From an uncultured Sulfitobacter sp. (GTDB taxonomy: Bacteria > Pseudomonadota > Alphaproteobacteria > Rhodobacterales > Rhodobacteraceae), in NCBI GenBank assembly GCA_913060815.1, contig CAJXSZ010000010.1, positions 34,033 to 98,032 of the forward strand: DNA of 64,000 bases, in the 5' to 3' direction. Under the pieces are notes generated by a model, which worked only from the letters and a program-made list of their open reading frames with translations, did no database searches and had not been told where the DNA came from. Shown here one piece after another: positions 9,247-18,249 of this stretch; positions within the stretch are counted from its first letter, which is position 1; each line of letters starts with the position of its first letter. The translations under genes were made by a program, and so were the position numbers.

Positions 9247-9894
9247 TTAGTCGCGGCGCAGCAGTCTAAGGCGAAAGACACCTGAAGAGACTTTGATTTC
9301 TTGCAAGCTTTGCGCGCCGCTGCTCGTGTCATAGAGCAGCTCCATCTTTGCGTTGGAGATGCCCAAAGGTGACAAATGACCAGGCCCGGCGACGACCTTA
9401 TAGCTGACAGGGCAGATAAGCGTCGCGCCATCCTCTCTGCCAGCTTGGGGTGTGAGCGTCACCACACGGCGACCGTCATACATCCGCATAGATGATGGGC
9501 AGCCTGTGGCGCCGATGAATGCGCCGATAATCCGCACGGGGTCTGTGACACCAGCGGGAACACGGCTCTTGTCTGACAGATCAGTCATTTCAGCTGCTGG
9601 TGTGATTTCGACGCCAGTTGCGCGTCCCTGTGCGATATCTACCGTGACAACGCGCTGCTTGCGCGATGATCTACTGTCGCCGACGAACTGGCCCTTGGCG
9701 CTACTGCTACCTTTGAAAGTGCCGTTGAACACTCCCATCGGTGTGCTGTCGAGGGTCGAGCGGAGCGTCGCATCGCTGCCCTTGGCGCTGTAACTCAGCT
9801 TGCCGAGGGTCTTGCCGCCCAGTTTTACGTCAAATGTCTGTGCTGCCAGCGGGGATGCCAGCACCAGCGCTGCGATCATGGCGATCAACTTCAT
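9247..9894 (-). CDS. DUF3108-like secreted protein
   Basis: Signal peptide (LASPLAAQ), DPVRII and YDGRR motifs; TAATG overlap with the upstream ORF. Confidence 0.75.
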   Translation of the reverse strand: MKLIAMIAALVLASPLAAQTFDVKLGGKTLGKLSYSAKGSDATLRSTLDSTPMGVFNGTFKGSSSAKGQFVGDSRSSRKQRVVTVDIAQGRATGVEITPAAEMTDLSDKSRVPAGVTDPVRIIGAFIGATGCPSSMRMYDGRRVVTLTPQAGREDGATLICPVSYKVVAGPGHLSPLGISNAKMELLYDTSSGAQSLQEIKVSSGVFRLRLLRRD

Positions 9895-10169
9895 TATGTC
9901 TGCTCCGGTTGGTAGTTCTGGACAAAGGAGATGACCTTCTCATGGGGCATCTCACAGGGCGCAAGCTGTGCGCCGCTTTCCAGATCGTAGAAATTCAGGC
10001 TGATATAGTCGGAGCGATCCAGCGCCTCGGCCACCAGTTTGATGGATCGGCCTGCGTTGAAATCACTGCGCGTTGCTGTCCATTTAATTTGGCCGAGGCG
10101 GCCATGGCTCAACCCTATGGGGATTTCGCGCAGCCGTGCTGCAAATCCGTCTGGCGCGGGCGCTCTCAC
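9894..10169 (-). CDS. Conserved small hypothetical protein
   Basis: GRSIKLVAEAL..DYISLNFY...PCEMP. I recall this family being labelled peptide methionine sulfoxide reductase, but there is no MsrA GCFW motif. GTGA overlap with plsY. Confidence 0.7.
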   Translation of the reverse strand: MRAPAPDGFAARLREIPIGLSHGRLGQIKWTATRSDFNAGRSIKLVAEALDRSDYISLNFYDLESGAQLAPCEMPHEKVISFVQNYQPEQT

Positions 10170-10774
10170 TTCTTCTGACCGATTTTGGGCTCAGTGCCTG
10201 CGCGAATGCGGCTGATGTTGGCGCGGTGACGCCAGAACACGATCAGCGTGAGGACAAGGCATAGCAGATACGCGCCGCCATATCCCATCACGATAACGAG
10301 GATGCTGGACGCGGCCGCCGCGACCAAGCCACCCATAGACGACATGCGGGTCAGCGCGGCTGCGACCAGCCACACAGCACAGACCGCAAGCCCCACAGGC
10401 CAAGCGATGGCGAGCAGGATGCCAAGGAAGGTCGCCACCCCTTTGCCGCCCTGAAACTTTAGCCAGACAGGATAGCAATGCCCGATCATAGCCGCCAGTG
10501 CGGCCACCTGTGCCGCATCCTCGCCGCTCAGGCTTCGTGCCAGTAGCAGCGCCACAGCGCCCTTTGCGCCATCGAGGATTAGGGTTGCCGCAGCCGCGGG
10601 TTTCGAGCCTGTGCGCAGCACATTTGTCGCCCCGATGTTGCCCGATCCGATGTCGCGCAGATTGCCGAGGCCCATGGCCTTTGCGACGATCACACCAAAG
10701 GGCACAGAGCCGATCAGATACCCGAGCACTGCCCAAAGCAGCAAAACCATCCACGTGTTTTCAATCAAAGGCAT
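10166..10774 (-). CDS. plsY: Glycerol-3-phosphate acyltransferase
   Basis: GSGNIGATNVLR, GHCYPVWLKFQGGKGVAT and HRANI motifs; alternative start 10783. Confidence 0.96.
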   Translation of the reverse strand: MPLIENTWMVLLLWAVLGYLIGSVPFGVIVAKAMGLGNLRDIGSGNIGATNVLRTGSKPAAAATLILDGAKGAVALLLARSLSGEDAAQVAALAAMIGHCYPVWLKFQGGKGVATFLGILLAIAWPVGLAVCAVWLVAAALTRMSSMGGLVAAAASSILVIVMGYGGAYLLCLVLTLIVFWRHRANISRIRAGTEPKIGQKK

Positions 10775-10788
10775 GAAGCTCATCCAGT

Positions 10789-12063
10789 TCAGACATCATA
10801 GACGCATGCGCCCGCCACATACGTCGCCAAGACCTTACCCTGCATCCGCACACCATCAAATGGCGTATTACGCGATTTCGACAGCAGGTTTGTACGATCC
10901 ATGACAAAGGGCGCATGGGCGTCAAACAGCACCAGATCAGCGGGTGCTCCCGCTTCCATCCGCCCCGACGGCAGGCCAAGGCGCTTGGCAGGGTTAAGTG
11001 ACATTGCGCGCCAAAGCTGTGGCAGAGTGATCATGTCTGCGTGCCACAGGCGCAATGCTGCGGGCAGCAGTGTTTCAAGCCCGACGGCACCGGAGGCAGC
11101 CTCTTCAAACGGCAGACGCTTGCTCTCTTCATCCTGCGGGGTGTGCATCGAACAGACGACATCAATCAGACCCGATGCGACGGCATCGACCATCGCAAGA
11201 CGGTCGTCCTCATCACGCAGCGGTGGCTTGAGCTTAAAAAAGGTTCTATAGTTGGCGACATCAAGGGCGTTGAGCGTGAGGTGGTGAATGCCGATCCCTG
11301 CGGTTACGTCCAGCCCGTTGGCTTTGGCCCGCTGTAGCGGAGGCAAAGCACGGGCTGTGGTAATCTGGTCGGCGTGGTATCTAGCGCCTGTCATCTCGAC
11401 CAGCGCGATGTCGCGGTCCAGTCCCATCCGCTCGGCCATCACAGAAACGGCAGGCAGGCCGCGCAGAGAGGCGAATTTACCTGATGTGACAGCGGCTCCT
11501 TTGCTCAGGATTGGTTCTTGCGGATGCGCGATGACCAGCGCACCAAGGCTGCGCGCATACGTCAGCGCGCGGGAGAATACACGAGTGTCCATGACGACAT
11601 GATCACAATCGGTGAAGGCGACAGCCCCCGCGTCCATCAGAAAACCGATCTCGGTCATCTCGCGGCCTGCGCGTTCCTTCGTGAGGGCGGCCATGGGCAG
11701 CACATGCACGGGCGAGGCCTCATTCGCGCGGCGGGTCACAAATTCCAAGGTTTCGGGGCTGTCGATCGCAGGATCGGTATCGGGCCGCGTGATCATTGTC
11801 GTCACGCCCCCTTTGGCAGCAGCAAGGCCCGCAGAGCGGTAGCTTTCTTTATGGCGCTCACCTGGCTCACAGACTTTAACGCCCAGATCGACAATCCCGG
11901 GAGCAAGGTATTTGCCACCGCAGTCGATAATCTGTCCCTTGGGGTTTGCGATGCCGCCTTCGACAATCGCCACGATATTTCCATCTTCGACAGTGATCGA
12001 ACCCTGCATCTCGACACCCGCTTGGGGGTCGATCAACGTGGCATTGGTGAAATGAAGCGTCAT
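10789..12063 (-). CDS. pyrC: Dihydroorotase (pyrC-like, often the PyrC' type that accompanies pyrB)
   Basis: Amidohydrolase fold with KLKPPLR, HTPQDEESK and ASGAVGLETL; usual metal-binding HxH replaced by DLG. Confidence 0.92.
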   Translation of the reverse strand: MTLHFTNATLIDPQAGVEMQGSITVEDGNIVAIVEGGIANPKGQIIDCGGKYLAPGIVDLGVKVCEPGERHKESYRSAGLAAAKGGVTTMITRPDTDPAIDSPETLEFVTRRANEASPVHVLPMAALTKERAGREMTEIGFLMDAGAVAFTDCDHVVMDTRVFSRALTYARSLGALVIAHPQEPILSKGAAVTSGKFASLRGLPAVSVMAERMGLDRDIALVEMTGARYHADQITTARALPPLQRAKANGLDVTAGIGIHHLTLNALDVANYRTFFKLKPPLRDEDDRLAMVDAVASGLIDVVCSMHTPQDEESKRLPFEEAASGAVGLETLLPAALRLWHADMITLPQLWRAMSLNPAKRLGLPSGRMEAGAPADLVLFDAHAPFVMDRTNLLSKSRNTPFDGVRMQGKVLATYVAGACVYDV

Positions 12064-12158
12064 GGCAACTCTCTCTGGGTCCAGTGCATCAGGTGGCGTA
12101 GTTTTGATTTGTCGTCAATGGATGCGGAATGCAGGGATAATGTGTGCATGGTCTTCAT
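12060..12158 (-). CDS. Putative 32-aa small ORF (MKTMHTLSLHSASIDDKSKLRHLMHWTQRELP)
   Basis: ATG overlaps the upstream stop (ATGA 12155-12158) and its TGA overlaps the pyrC ATG (12060-12063). Confidence 0.45.
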   Translation of the reverse strand: MKTMHTLSLHSASIDDKSKLRHLMHWTQRELP

Positions 12159-12586
12159 GCTGCCAGCCTTGCGCGTGCTGACAGGATTTGCGCTGCGATT
12201 TCCTTGGGGTCTCGCACGTAAGGCAGGCGCAGGCGTTGACCGTCTTTGAGGCGGACCACAACGCTCCAGCCAAGGCGCGGGCGTGCATCGACGATCTCGG
12301 TAAGGGGCATAGATGCTTCTCCGTTGGGGCCGTGCTCGATCAGGGCATCCGTGCGCAGGTGCCACCTGTTCTGTCGTGCAGTGCGCCATCGCGCGGGATC
12401 GTCAAAGCCGATGTTATAGGCCAGCAAAAGCACGGGGCCGACATACAGGATCTGCCAAAAGCCTGTTGTGGAGCCGATGACCCAACCGATAAGCGCTACA
12501 ATCGCAATGGATAATGCGCCGACAATAGCGCTGCGGCGCAAGAACACAGGCAACGCTGGTGCCCAAGCCGCGAGCGGCTCGCTCAT
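12155..12586 (-). CDS. Hypothetical membrane protein (2 TM plus PH-like domain)
   Basis: 143 aa; two TM helices then short beta strands; ATGA-coupled. Confidence 0.75.
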   Translation of the reverse strand: MSEPLAAWAPALPVFLRRSAIVGALSIAIVALIGWVIGSTTGFWQILYVGPVLLLAYNIGFDDPARWRTARQNRWHLRTDALIEHGPNGEASMPLTEIVDARPRLGWSVVVRLKDGQRLRLPYVRDPKEIAAQILSARARLAA

Positions 12587-12687
12587 CCCGCCATCCAGAC
12601 CATGCCCGCTGCTACGGCAAAGGCCACCAGCAACGCAACAGTTGCCACACGTCCTGACATTTTGTGATCGGGTTCTGGTTCTTTCAT
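12583..12687 (-). CDS. Putative 34-aa single-TM small protein (MKEPEPDHKMSGRVATVALLVAFAVAAGMVWMAG)
   Basis: ATGA overlaps at both ends; one clear hydrophobic helix; below the ORF-track cutoff. Confidence 0.65.
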   Translation of the reverse strand: MKEPEPDHKMSGRVATVALLVAFAVAAGMVWMAG

Positions 12688-13217
12688 CGAAGTATCCACC
12701 ATATAAGAAGAAGGGTCAGGGCCACACTTATCACGGAAAGCGCATTGCGTACTCTGGAGCGTGTGGGCGCTGTCGCAGGTTCCTTTGCGCCAGAGTAGGC
12801 TTTTGCCGAAGGCGTCGCAATCGGTGCCGCGGCTTGCGCGGCGCGTGGTTCACTGTAACTGCCGATGAGAGTGAGCTCAGATGTCGGGTTCAGGGTCACA
12901 TCGCCTGCGTCGCTGACGCGGGAGAAGACCAGCAGAACATAGCCGTCAAGCGCTTCGAGCTTGGCCCTATCCTGCCGCAATGTCTCAGGCGCAATATCAT
13001 ACCCCTCGGAAAGATAGCTGGGCAGACCGACGCCAGTCAGATCGGACAGTGCAAAAAGCTCGAATGCGTCCTCGGTAATTTCGTGCCCCAAGAGCGCAGA
13101 CGCAAGAGCTGCTTTTGGCTGCTGTTTTAGCTCGCGCGCCAGTGTGGCAATGGGGCGCGAAATTGCGAAAACACGGATAATCCCTGCCTCATGGCGCGGA
13201 ATGAGAAGATTGTTCAT
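12684..13217 (-). CDS. Conserved hypothetical protein with C-terminal TM anchor
   Basis: 177 aa; LFALSDLTGVGLPSYLSEGY motif; coupled within the pyr operon. Confidence 0.8.
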   Translation of the reverse strand: MNNLLIPRHEAGIIRVFAISRPIATLARELKQQPKAALASALLGHEITEDAFELFALSDLTGVGLPSYLSEGYDIAPETLRQDRAKLEALDGYVLLVFSRVSDAGDVTLNPTSELTLIGSYSEPRAAQAAAPIATPSAKAYSGAKEPATAPTRSRVRNALSVISVALTLLLIWWILR

Positions 13218-13708
13218 GCGGCACGCTCCTCCAATAGAGGAAGCAGCGCGTCCGCCCCCTCAATATACTCGAACCCGATTTCTACGGGCTTGTCATCATC
13301 ATAGCGCAGAAAGATAACGCTGGGCGGCACGGTGTTCAGCATTTTTGGCGCGATCATGGCGCGGGTTGGATGCGCTTTAACGCGGGTCTCTGATCCGTTG
13401 ATCTGAAAGAACAAAGCCCGCTTGTTCGTAAGCGCGTACCGTGTCGCTTCATACACCCGAAGCTGTTGTAGCGTAGCGCGTGCGGGGATGATGATCAAAA
13501 GCGCAGGCAGGATCAAAAGCCACATGTCCCCCTCAACGCCGTAAAGCGAGATGATGAGATAGGCCGCAGCCAAGAGCCCAAGGGCTGCAATCGGCGCGGG
13601 GCCATAGAGCGCGCGATTGCGCCAGTGCGGCCGAGGTTGCGGCCGTCCTGTCCAGAGCAGATTTTCATCTGTCTCCAGAATGTTATCCCAGAAACCTGAC
13701 GTGCTCAT
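13214..13708 (-). CDS. Hypothetical membrane protein, bacterial PH-domain-like
   Basis: [10 protein letters not shown]...2 TM...[10 protein letters not shown] pattern; ATGA overlap with pyrB. Confidence 0.8.
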   Translation of the reverse strand: MSTSGFWDNILETDENLLWTGRPQPRPHWRNRALYGPAPIAALGLLAAAYLIISLYGVEGDMWLLILPALLIIIPARATLQQLRVYEATRYALTNKRALFFQINGSETRVKAHPTRAMIAPKMLNTVPPSVIFLRYDDDKPVEIGFEYIEGADALLPLLEERAA

Positions 13709-14643
13709 CTGTTAGCTGACACACGGTTGCGGGCCAACAGGTCCATCGCGGCCATGCGGACTGCAACGCCCATTTCGACCTGATCCTGAATGACGCTGCG
13801 GTTGATATCATCGGCAAGTGTGCCGTCGATTTCCACACCTCTGTTCATCGGACCGGGGTGCATAACGATGGCGTCGGGCTTGGCGTGGGATAACTTCTCC
13901 GCATCAAGGCCATATCGATGGTAGTACTCCCGCTCGCTGGGGATAAACCCGCCATCCATGCGCTCTTTTTGCAAGCGGAGCATCATAACAACATCGACGT
14001 CTTTGAGGCCTTCAGCCATATCCTCAAACACCTCGACACCGAATTCGCCAATTCCCGATGGCATCAATGTGGGCGGTCCGATCAAACGAATGCGGTTCTC
14101 CATTTTTCCCAACAGCATGATATTGGATCGTGCAACGCGGCTGTGTGCGATATCTCCGCAGATTGCGATAGAGAGGCGGTGCAGACGGCCTTTGGCACGG
14201 CGGATCGTGAGAGCATCAAGCAGCGCTTGGGTCGGGTGCTCGTGGCGGCCATCCCCTGCATTAAGCACGGCACAATTCACTTTCTCGGCCAGCAGATCAA
14301 CTGCCCCTGATTGCGGGTGCCGCACAATAAGCAAATCGGGATGCATCGCATTCAGCGTCATCGCTGTATCAATCAGGGTCTCGCCCTTTTTGATTGAAGA
14401 GGCCTGCATCGCCATGTTCATCACATCCGCGCCCAATCGCTTTCCCGCGATCTCGAAACTGGCCTGCGTGCGGGTGGAGTTCTCGAAGAACATGTTGATC
14501 TGCGTCAGCCCTTCAAGGGCGGTGCCGTGCTTGTCGGGCTGGCGGTTGAGGTCGACATAGCTATCCGCCAGATCAAGCAGCGTTGTAATCTCGGTAGGGT
14601 GCAGCGGCTCGATACCAAGCAGGTGGCGGTGGGGATAAGACAT
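13705..14643 (-). CDS. pyrB: Aspartate carbamoyltransferase catalytic subunit
   Basis: [18 protein letters not shown] and MHPGPMNRG motifs. Confidence 0.97.
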   Translation of the reverse strand: MSYPHRHLLGIEPLHPTEITTLLDLADSYVDLNRQPDKHGTALEGLTQINMFFENSTRTQASFEIAGKRLGADVMNMAMQASSIKKGETLIDTAMTLNAMHPDLLIVRHPQSGAVDLLAEKVNCAVLNAGDGRHEHPTQALLDALTIRRAKGRLHRLSIAICGDIAHSRVARSNIMLLGKMENRIRLIGPPTLMPSGIGEFGVEVFEDMAEGLKDVDVVMMLRLQKERMDGGFIPSEREYYHRYGLDAEKLSHAKPDAIVMHPGPMNRGVEIDGTLADDINRSVIQDQVEMGVAVRMAAMDLLARNRVSANR

Positions 14644-14750
14644 GGCTGAACCTCGGGCTGTTTGCGCCGTTATAGGCGGGTGCAAGCGGGCGGGCAAGAA
14701 GTGTGCGATGGGGCATTTTGATCCCTAAAGTGTAGGCGTAGACTGCGCGT

Positions 14751-15527
14751 ATGGAATCACTGGATTTTCACACAGCGCGCGCGCTTTTGGACTGGCAGAT
14801 CGAGCTTGGTGCAGATGAATGCATCAGCGATGCGGCCATAGACCGCTACGCCCTGCCTGACCGCTTGCCCAAAGCGGCTGTAAAAGAGGCCAAGCCCCAT
14901 CTTACCAAAGGCCCAGTGAAGATGGAGAAGCGCGACGCAGCCGCAGAAGCGCAACAAGCCGCGCAATCGGCAACGACTCTCGAAGAGCTGCGCCAAGCGA
15001 TAGACGCCTTTGATCTGTGCGATCTCAAGCGCGGCGCGCGCAATATGGTCTTTTCGGACGGTATTGCTGGCGCGCCAGTTATGATCATCGGTGAGGCGCC
15101 GGGCCGTGAAGAAGACCGTATCGGCAAGCCGTTTGTGGGTGCTGCGGGACAGTTGCTGGACCGTATGTTTGGCGCCATAGGCATGGGGCGGGGCAATGCC
15201 GATGCGCCGATCTATATCACCAACACGCTGCCATGGCGTCCTCCGCACAACCGCGACCCCAAGCCTGAAGAAATCGCGATGATGAAGCCGTTCTTGCTGC
15301 GCCATATCGAATTGGCAGACCCGAAAGTTCTGGTGGTCATGGGCAATTGGGCCTGTCAGGCGTTGTTTGCAAAGCGCGGTATCACGCGGCTGCGCGGCCA
15401 TTGGGCCGAGGCTGTGGATAAGCCCGCCTTGCCAATGTGTCATCCTGCATACCTGCTTAGAAATCCCGCAGCTAAGCGCGAGGCTTGGAGCGATTTGTTA
15501 ATGCTGAAGGCGGCTGTGGATAAATGA
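14751..15527 (+). CDS. Uracil-DNA glycosylase family 4
   Basis: IIGEAPGREED, GKPFVGAAG, WRPPHNRDP and HPAYLLRNP motifs. Confidence 0.93.
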   Translation: MESLDFHTARALLDWQIELGADECISDAAIDRYALPDRLPKAAVKEAKPHLTKGPVKMEKRDAAAEAQQAAQSATTLEELRQAIDAFDLCDLKRGARNMVFSDGIAGAPVMIIGEAPGREEDRIGKPFVGAAGQLLDRMFGAIGMGRGNADAPIYITNTLPWRPPHNRDPKPEEIAMMKPFLLRHIELADPKVLVVMGNWACQALFAKRGITRLRGHWAEAVDKPALPMCHPAYLLRNPAAKREAWSDLLMLKAAVDK

Positions 15528-16129
15528 TTGATCTTTCGATCCTGCCCGCCTTTGTGTTTGCAGCACTCGCACTCAACCTGACGCCTGGTCCTGATATGAT
15601 GCTGTGTCTGGCACAAGGCATGCAATCGGGGCGCGCTGCGGCATGGTCGGCCAGTGCTGGCGTGAGTGTTGGTGCTTTGGTTCATGTCACCATTGCGGGG
15701 CTTGGTCTGGGCGCGGTTGTGGCGGCCTTCCCCTGGGCCTTCACGGTGATCCGCTGGCTTGGTGTGGCCTATCTGCTTTATCTCGCGGTACAGGCCTTCC
15801 GCAGCAGCCACCTCAAGATACGCGGGAGTGGTATGCGTCCTGCCCAAGCCTTTCGCGCAGGGCTTTTTACGAACCTCACTAATTTCAAGGTGATATGGTT
15901 CGTTCTTGCCTTTATCCCGCAGTTTGTCGTCCCCGAAGCGGGACCAGTGTTTGTGCAGTTCTTGGCGTTTGGCACTATGATTGCTTTGGGCGGGCTTGTC
16001 GTGAACGGAATGGTTGGCGCCTACGCGGGCACGCTGGGGGCCAAGCTGGTGCGTTCCAGCAAAGCTCTGGGGTATGTCACGGGCAGTATTTATGCAGCAC
16101 TCGCTGTGCGTATCGCTGTTGTGGAGTGA
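15524..16129 (+). CDS. LysE/RhtB family translocator
   Basis: LTPGPDMML, RWLGVAYLLYLA and TNLTNFK motifs. Confidence 0.92.
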   Translation: MIDLSILPAFVFAALALNLTPGPDMMLCLAQGMQSGRAAAWSASAGVSVGALVHVTIAGLGLGAVVAAFPWAFTVIRWLGVAYLLYLAVQAFRSSHLKIRGSGMRPAQAFRAGLFTNLTNFKVIWFVLAFIPQFVVPEAGPVFVQFLAFGTMIALGGLVVNGMVGAYAGTLGAKLVRSSKALGYVTGSIYAALAVRIAVVE

Positions 16130-16675
16130 ATGATGAGCAAGATTGACGAGACGAAAGATTTTATATCGGTGCGGATTGCGGTGCTGACCGTATCGGACAC
16201 GCGCAGTGTCGAGGAGGATCGGTCAGGTGATGTGCTGGTAGAACGTTTGACTGCTGCGGGTCATACGCTTGCCGCCCGCATGATCCTGCGCGACGAGCGT
16301 GCCCAGATCGCCGAGCAATTGCGCGCATGGTGTGCTGATCCTGACATCGACGTTGTTATTTCCACCGGAGGTACGGGCCTCACAGGGCGCGATGTTACGG
16401 TCGAGGCGCACCGCGATGTCTATGAGAAAGAGATCGACGCGTTCGGGACAGTGTTCACAATCGTCTCGATGCAGAAAATCGGGACCAGTGCGGTGCAATC
16501 GCGTGCCACAGGTGGTGTGGCCAATGGCACCTATCTCTTTGCCCTGCCGGGCAGTCCCGGCGCATGCAAGGACGCATGGGATGAAATTCTGCTCAAACAG
16601 CTCGACTATCGTCACCGCCCCTGCAATTTCGTGGAAATCCTGCCGCGTCTGGACGAGCACCAGCGCCGAAAATAG
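16130..16675 (+). CDS. moaB: Molybdenum cofactor biosynthesis protein B
   Basis: IAVLTVSD, STGGTGLTGRDVT and LPGSPGAC motifs. Confidence 0.95.
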   Translation: MMSKIDETKDFISVRIAVLTVSDTRSVEEDRSGDVLVERLTAAGHTLAARMILRDERAQIAEQLRAWCADPDIDVVISTGGTGLTGRDVTVEAHRDVYEKEIDAFGTVFTIVSMQKIGTSAVQSRATGGVANGTYLFALPGSPGACKDAWDEILLKQLDYRHRPCNFVEILPRLDEHQRRK

Positions 16676-16794
16676 TACAATCCCACTCCGTCTCCCAAAA
16701 AAGTGACGGAAATTCGGGGGCTGCGCGTATAAGCTTTGCTTGGAAGCGTTTCGTAAAGCGCTACATAGAGTGTGGTCAGTAATACGGAAAAGCG

Positions 16795-18246
16795 ATGCGG
16801 TTTTTAAGACAAAGTATGATCGGGCTCTTTCTGGCGTCTATGACGCTGGGTCTGTTGGTGTGGGCGGCGCAGATGATCGGGGGTGCGGTCCAGTCCCGCA
16901 TGACCGATGAGCCGTCGCGCCCTGCCGCCCGCGAACGTGTTTTTTCTGTCAACGTGGTGCTGGCCGAAACCGCAGCAATCACCCCCGTACTCCGGAGCTT
17001 TGGCGAAATCGCCAGCAAGCGGACGCTGGAGTTGCGTGCGGCCAGCGGTGGGAGAGTGATCTACCTTGCCGACGGGTTCGAGGACGGCGGGACCGTGCGC
17101 GCAGGCGATGTTCTGGTCCGGCTTGATCCAGCAGATGCGCAGTCAGCGGTTGAGCGCGCGCAAAGTGACTTGACTGACGCACAAGCAGAGGCGCGCGATG
17201 CCGCGCGCAATGTCGTGCTGGCGGGTGACGAGTTGACGGCAGCAATTGAGCAGGCAGAACTGCGTGCGCGCGCAGCCCAGCGGCAGACGGACCTTGTAAC
17301 GCGCGGTGCTGGCACAAGGGCCGCGTCCGAAACGGCAGAGCTTGCAGCCTCGTCAGCGCGTCAAGCCGTTGTAGCGCGCCGCCAACTGCTCGCACAGGCC
17401 GAGGCGCGTGTGGATCAGGCGGCTACGGCCATTACCCGTGCTGAAATTGCGCTCACAGATGCGCAGCGCCGCTTGGACGATACCGAAATTACCGCTCCGT
17501 TTGACGCAACACTAAGTGCCACTTCGGTCGTTGAGGGCCGGCTGGTAAGCCAGAACGAGCGATTGGCAGAGTTGATTGATCCCGACGACCTCGAAGTCTC
17601 GTTCCGCTTGTCCACAGCGCAATATGCGCGACTGCTGGACGACGCAGGCAGGATCGTGAAGTCCGATGTGTCCGTCGCTCTTGACGTAGCAGGCGTTGAT
17701 CTTGAAGCACCGGGCCGCGTGACACGGACTTCTGCCGCGACGGGGGAGGGGCAGACAGGGCGGCTTGTTTTTGCCTCGCTCGGGAAGGCGGCTGGGTTCA
17801 AACCAGGAGATTTTGTGACCGTGCGCGTGCAAGAGCCGATGCTAGAGAACGTCATTCGTTTGCCCGCCTCTGCGGTGGATGCCGCAGGTGGTGTTTTGTT
17901 GCTGGGCGAGGAAAACCGCCTCGAGGCGATGACCGTTTCAGTCTTTCGCCGCCAAGGCGATGACGTGCTGGTGCGTGGCGATATCGTCGGGCGCGAAGTT
18001 GTCGAAGCGCGCTCCCCGCTGTTGGGCGTGGGAATTTCTGTGACACCGCTGCGCAGGGATGCTGAACAGGCACAGGCGCCTGAAATGCTTGAGCTGAGCG
18101 AGGAGCGGCGCGCAAAGCTTGTAGCGTTTGTTGAAGGTAACAGCCGTATGCCGGATGAGGCCAAGGCCCGTATTCTGGCCCGTCTCGCCGAGGCCAAGGT
18201 GCCCGCCCGCATGGTCGCCCGCATCGAGAGCAGGATGGGAGGCTAG
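16795..18246 (+). CDS. RND efflux periplasmic adaptor subunit
   Basis: N-terminal TM, lipoyl-like halves (GRVIYL..., ITAPFDA) and coiled hairpin; adjacent to the permease. Confidence 0.92.
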   Translation: MRFLRQSMIGLFLASMTLGLLVWAAQMIGGAVQSRMTDEPSRPAARERVFSVNVVLAETAAITPVLRSFGEIASKRTLELRAASGGRVIYLADGFEDGGTVRAGDVLVRLDPADAQSAVERAQSDLTDAQAEARDAARNVVLAGDELTAAIEQAELRARAAQRQTDLVTRGAGTRAASETAELAASSARQAVVARRQLLAQAEARVDQAATAITRAEIALTDAQRRLDDTEITAPFDATLSATSVVEGRLVSQNERLAELIDPDDLEVSFRLSTAQYARLLDDAGRIVKSDVSVALDVAGVDLEAPGRVTRTSAATGEGQTGRLVFASLGKAAGFKPGDFVTVRVQEPMLENVIRLPASAVDAAGGVLLLGEENRLEAMTVSVFRRQGDDVLVRGDIVGREVVEARSPLLGVGISVTPLRRDAEQAQAPEMLELSEERRAKLVAFVEGNSRMPDEAKARILARLAEAKVPARMVARIESRMGG

Positions 18247-18249
18247 AGC

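Noticed and set aside
12104-12118. FNR-like TTGAT...GTCAA upstream of pyrC
   Set aside because: Spacer is 5 nt rather than 4, and it lies within the coupled small ORF.
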